32,000 bases of DNA from Pasteurella multocida (lineage in GTDB: Bacteria; Pseudomonadota; Gammaproteobacteria; Enterobacterales; Pasteurellaceae), in assembly GCF_900187275.1 (NCBI RefSeq), contig NZ_LT906458.1, forward strand, positions 2,160,001-2,192,000, given 5' to 3'. A program made the translations under genes and the position numbers. Positions 29,042 to 32,000 of the stretch are shown here, one piece after another (position 1 is the first letter of the stretch; each line of letters opens with the position of its first letter). Under the pieces are notes generated by a model that worked only from the letters and a program-made list of their open reading frames with translations, was not told the origin of the DNA and did no database searches.

Positions 29042-30091
29042 ATGGAAAAAAAAATTTACTTTGGTACAAATTTAAAAATGTATAAAGGTAATTGTGAAAC
29101 AGTCGATTACCTTACTCAGTTACTTGCCCTCAGAGAAAAACTTCAATCTGATTATGATATTGAATTATTTGTCATTCCTTCTTATATCGCCTTAAAAGAT
29201 GCTGTACATGCAGCGGCATCAGAGACAACGCATAAAATTCTTATTGGTGCACAGAACATGAATGCTAAGGATAAGGGGCAGTTTACTGGCGAAATTTCAC
29301 CACTCATGTTGAAAGAGCTAGGGGTTCAGTTGGTCATGATTGGGCATTCTGAACGTCGCCATGTTTTGAAAGAAACCGATCAGGAAGAGAATGAGAAAGT
29401 ATTGTCAGCGTTGAAGCATGGCTTTAAAACATTACTCTGTGTTGGTGAAACGTTAGAACAGAAAAATTATCAGATTTCCGATGAAGTACTTCGGACACAA
29501 TTAAAGATCGGTTTGCACGGTGTATCAGTGAAGCAATTACCTCATTTATTCATTGCATATGAACCCGTTTGGGCAATTGGTGAAGGTGGTATTCCTGCAA
29601 CAGCGCAATATGCAGATGAGAAACAGAAGATCATTAAACAATGTTTATTTGAAATGTTTGGTGAGGAAAGTAAAAAGATACCGGTATTGTATGGGGGAAG
29701 TGTGAATTTAGAAAATGCAAATGAATTAATTATGCAGCCTCATATTGACGGATTGTTTGTTGGGCGTAGCGCCTGGGATGCACAATGTTTTTATACTTTA
29801 ATAGACGGTGCGTTAAAAGCCTTGGCGGGTACAACACATCAATTTAGCCCTATTGCTACTCAGCTCATTAAACACTTAGGAGGAAAAGAAAATATCAGTG
29901 CGTTAACGCATTGTGCGAGTCGGATTAGAGTGATGACGCGGAATGAAAATCATATAAATAAAGTAGCAATAGAAAAAATAAATGGGGTGAGCGGGTTATT
30001 TTCGATCGCTAATCAATATCAAATTATTGTAGGTCCTAAATGGGTAGAAAAAATTTATAGCGAAATGAAAGCGTTATTAGAAACAGAATAG
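29042..30091 (+). CDS. Triose-phosphate-isomerase-like protein (possible L-erythrulose-1-phosphate isomerase, LerI/EryH type) fused to a C-terminal PTS EIIB-like domain
   Basis: TIM motifs [35 protein letters not shown]; then C-terminal [76 protein letters not shown]. Confidence 0.88.
   Translation: MEKKIYFGTNLKMYKGNCETVDYLTQLLALREKLQSDYDIELFVIPSYIALKDAVHAAASETTHKILIGAQNMNAKDKGQFTGEISPLMLKELGVQLVMIGHSERRHVLKETDQEENEKVLSALKHGFKTLLCVGETLEQKNYQISDEVLRTQLKIGLHGVSVKQLPHLFIAYEPVWAIGEGGIPATAQYADEKQKIIKQCLFEMFGEESKKIPVLYGGSVNLENANELIMQPHIDGLFVGRSAWDAQCFYTLIDGALKALAGTTHQFSPIATQLIKHLGGKENISALTHCASRIRVMTRNENHINKVAIEKINGVSGLFSIANQYQIIVGPKWVEKIYSEMKALLETE
29846..30088 (+). other. EIIB (glucose-family)-like domain encoded at the 3' end of the TIM-like gene
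   Basis: LGGKENI...HCASRIRV...GVSGLF...[14 protein letters not shown] lines up with LGGxENI...xCxTRLR...GxxGV...xQxIxGxxVxxVY of EIIB-Glc domains. Candidate phospho-Cys codon at 29912-29914 (Cys291). Confidence 0.8.
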
Positions 30092-30108
30092 ATGATAGGG
30101 AGAAGAGC

Positions 30109-31059
30109 ATGACACAATTAGATTCATTACGCAGTATGACGGTTGTTGTCGCAGATACTGGTGATATTGAAGCAATTAAGCAATATCAGCCACAAGATGC
30201 AACAACAAATCCTTCTTTGATTTTAAGTGCTTCTGCATTGCCCCAGTATGCGCCATTAATTGATGACGCCATTGCTTATGCGAAAACAAAAAGTGATTGT
30301 CCACGCCAGCAATTGGTTGATGCTGAAGATAAACTGGCCGTTAATATCGGCTTAGAAATACTCAAAATTATCCCCGGACGGATTTCTACAGAAGTCGATG
30401 CAAGGCTTTCGTATGATACACAAGCGACTATTGAGAAAGCGCGTAAATTGATCAAGCTTTATAATGAAGCGGGAATAGAGAATCATCGGATCCTCATCAA
30501 AATTGCTTCAACTTGGCAAGGTATTCGAGCTGCAGAAGTGCTTGAGAAAGAAGGAATTAATTGTAACTTGACGTTGTTATTTTCTGAAGCACAAGCGAGA
30601 GCTTGTGCTGAAGCTGGTGTGTATTTAATTTCGCCGTTTGTAGGGCGAATTTTAGATTGGTATAAAGCAAATACGGGCAGACAAGATTATCCGGCTGCGG
30701 AAGATCCAGGTGTGATTTCCGTGACTCAAATTTATAATTATTATAAACAACATAATTATAAGACGGTTGTCATGGGCGCAAGTTTCCGAAATGTAGATGA
30801 AATTATTGAGTTAGCAGGATGTGATCGTTTGACGATTTCACCTACTTTATTGAGTCATTTACAAGCAAGAGAAGGGGAACTTGTTCGTAAGTTAGCATTC
30901 AGCGGCGAGTTAAAAGACAGACCTCAACCTTTAACAGAGAGCGAGTTTTATTGGCAACATAACAGCGATCCAATGGCTGTTGCAAAATTAGCAGAAGGCA
31001 TTTGTAAATTTGCAGAAGATCAAGAAAAACTAGAAAAAATGCTCTTGGAAAGACTATAA
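30109..31059 (+). CDS. tal: Transaldolase (TalB type)
   Basis: 316 aa; [39 protein letters not shown]; [32 protein letters not shown]. Confidence 0.96.
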   Translation: MTQLDSLRSMTVVVADTGDIEAIKQYQPQDATTNPSLILSASALPQYAPLIDDAIAYAKTKSDCPRQQLVDAEDKLAVNIGLEILKIIPGRISTEVDARLSYDTQATIEKARKLIKLYNEAGIENHRILIKIASTWQGIRAAEVLEKEGINCNLTLLFSEAQARACAEAGVYLISPFVGRILDWYKANTGRQDYPAAEDPGVISVTQIYNYYKQHNYKTVVMGASFRNVDEIIELAGCDRLTISPTLLSHLQAREGELVRKLAFSGELKDRPQPLTESEFYWQHNSDPMAVAKLAEGICKFAEDQEKLEKMLLERL

Positions 31060-31086
31060 CATGTTGAATAAGAGGGAGTAATCACT

Positions 31087-32000
31087 ATGGCAACACGTAG
31101 AGAACTGGCCAATGCCATTCGTTTTTTAAGTATGGATGCAGTGCAAAAAGCAAAATCAGGGCATCCAGGTGCACCGATGGGGATGGCAGATATTGCAGAA
31201 GTCTTATGGCGTGACTTTTTAAAACATAACCCAAGCAATCCACACTGGGCCGATCGCGACCGTTTCATTTTATCCAATGGTCATGGTTCAATGCTGATTT
31301 ACAGTTTATTACATTTAAGTGGTTATGACCTTTCTATTGAAGATTTAAAACAATTCCGTCAATTACATTCCAAAACACCGGGACACCCAGAATATGGTTA
31401 TGCGCCGGGTGTTGAAACCACAACAGGACCATTAGGTCAAGGGATTACGAACGCAGTGGGTTTTGCGATTGCGGAGAAAACCCTTGCCCATCAATTTAAC
31501 CGTCCAGGTCATGAAATTGTTGACCACCACACCTATGTGTTCTTAGGCGATGGTTGTTTAATGGAAGGGATTTCTCATGAAGCTTGTTCTTTAGCGGGTA
31601 CTCTAGGGTTAGGTAAACTAATTGCCTTCTATGACGACAACAATATCTCAATTGATGGTCATGTGGACGGTTGGTTCACTGATGATACGCAAAAACGGTT
31701 TGAGGCCTATGGTTGGCATGTGATTCCTGCGGTAGATGGTCATAATCCAGAACAAATTCTTGAGGCGGTGAAACAAGCCCAAGCGGAGACAACCAAACCA
31801 ACGCTCATTATTTGTAAAACCATTATCGGTTATGGTTCACCGAATAAAGCCAACTCACACGATTGTCATGGTGCTCCATTAGGTGATGATGAAATTGCGG
31901 CAGCACGTGAATTCTTAAAATGGGAGCATGCCCCGTTTGAAATTCCTGCGGAGATTTATGCACAGTGGGATGCGAAAGAAAAAGGTCAAGTTGCTGAAAA
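31087..32000 (+). CDS. tkt: Transketolase, N-terminal part (continues past window)
   Basis: Frame from 31087: [66 protein letters not shown]..., thiamine-PP dependent transketolase. Confidence 0.95.
   Translation, partial: MATRRELANAIRFLSMDAVQKAKSGHPGAPMGMADIAEVLWRDFLKHNPSNPHWADRDRFILSNGHGSMLIYSLLHLSGYDLSIEDLKQFRQLHSKTPGHPEYGYAPGVETTTGPLGQGITNAVGFAIAEKTLAHQFNRPGHEIVDHHTYVFLGDGCLMEGISHEACSLAGTLGLGKLIAFYDDNNISIDGHVDGWFTDDTQKRFEAYGWHVIPAVDGHNPEQILEAVKQAQAETTKPTLIICKTIIGYGSPNKANSHDCHGAPLGDDEIAAAREFLKWEHAPFEIPAEIYAQWDAKEKGQVAE

Noticed and set aside
29042-30091. Housekeeping glycolytic tpiA.
   Set aside because: The N-terminal NLKMYKG departs from canonical NWKMNG. The protein is about 95 aa too long, carries an EIIB-like tail, and sits in a catabolic operon.
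1-32000. CRISPR array, toxin-antitoxin, restriction or other phage-defence system.
   Set aside because: No regularly spaced repeats and no ORFs with defence-type motifs were seen. The accessory content is transport and carbohydrate catabolism.

Overview
The window looks like Pasteurellaceae chromosome, most like Pasteurella multocida. This is inferred from gene order, Hin-type uptake sequences (AAGTGCGGT) and protein content. Bases 1-16.4 kb are mostly housekeeping genes: mltG(partial)-serA-rpiA-hemW-ybjQ family-Sel1-like-rdgB-comEA-ispH-lspA-ileS-ribF-murJ on the minus strand, rpsT on plus, a ytjB/smp-like gene on minus, serB-yajQ on plus, and a GlsB/YeaQ-type gene on minus. A tRNA with a CAU anticodon, most like tRNA-Ile2, lies at about 16.8 kb. 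From 17.1 to 31 kb there is a two-armed catabolic locus. The minus arm is a TRAP transporter (dctP-Q-M). The plus arm runs PdxA2-like, DhaK-like, DhaL-like, xylose-isomerase-like TIM barrel, SorC-type regulator, RpiB/EryI-like isomerase, a second TRAP dctP-Q-M, a cyclase/KynB-like hydrolase, a triose-phosphate-isomerase-like protein and transaldolase, followed by the start of a transketolase. The divergent promoter region has two strong CRP-like sites. The most striking item is the 349-aa TIM-like protein. Its last ~80 aa read as a glucose-family PTS EIIB domain ([19 protein letters not shown]...GVSGLF...[13 protein letters not shown]) with the phospho-Cys position kept. The locus contains no EIIC, EIIA or DhaM, although DhaK/DhaL-type kinase subunits are present. 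I propose an unassigned pathway for a C4 or branched C5 sugar acid/polyol that converges on erythrose-4-phosphate. It has a possible PTS link through the TIM-EIIB fusion.
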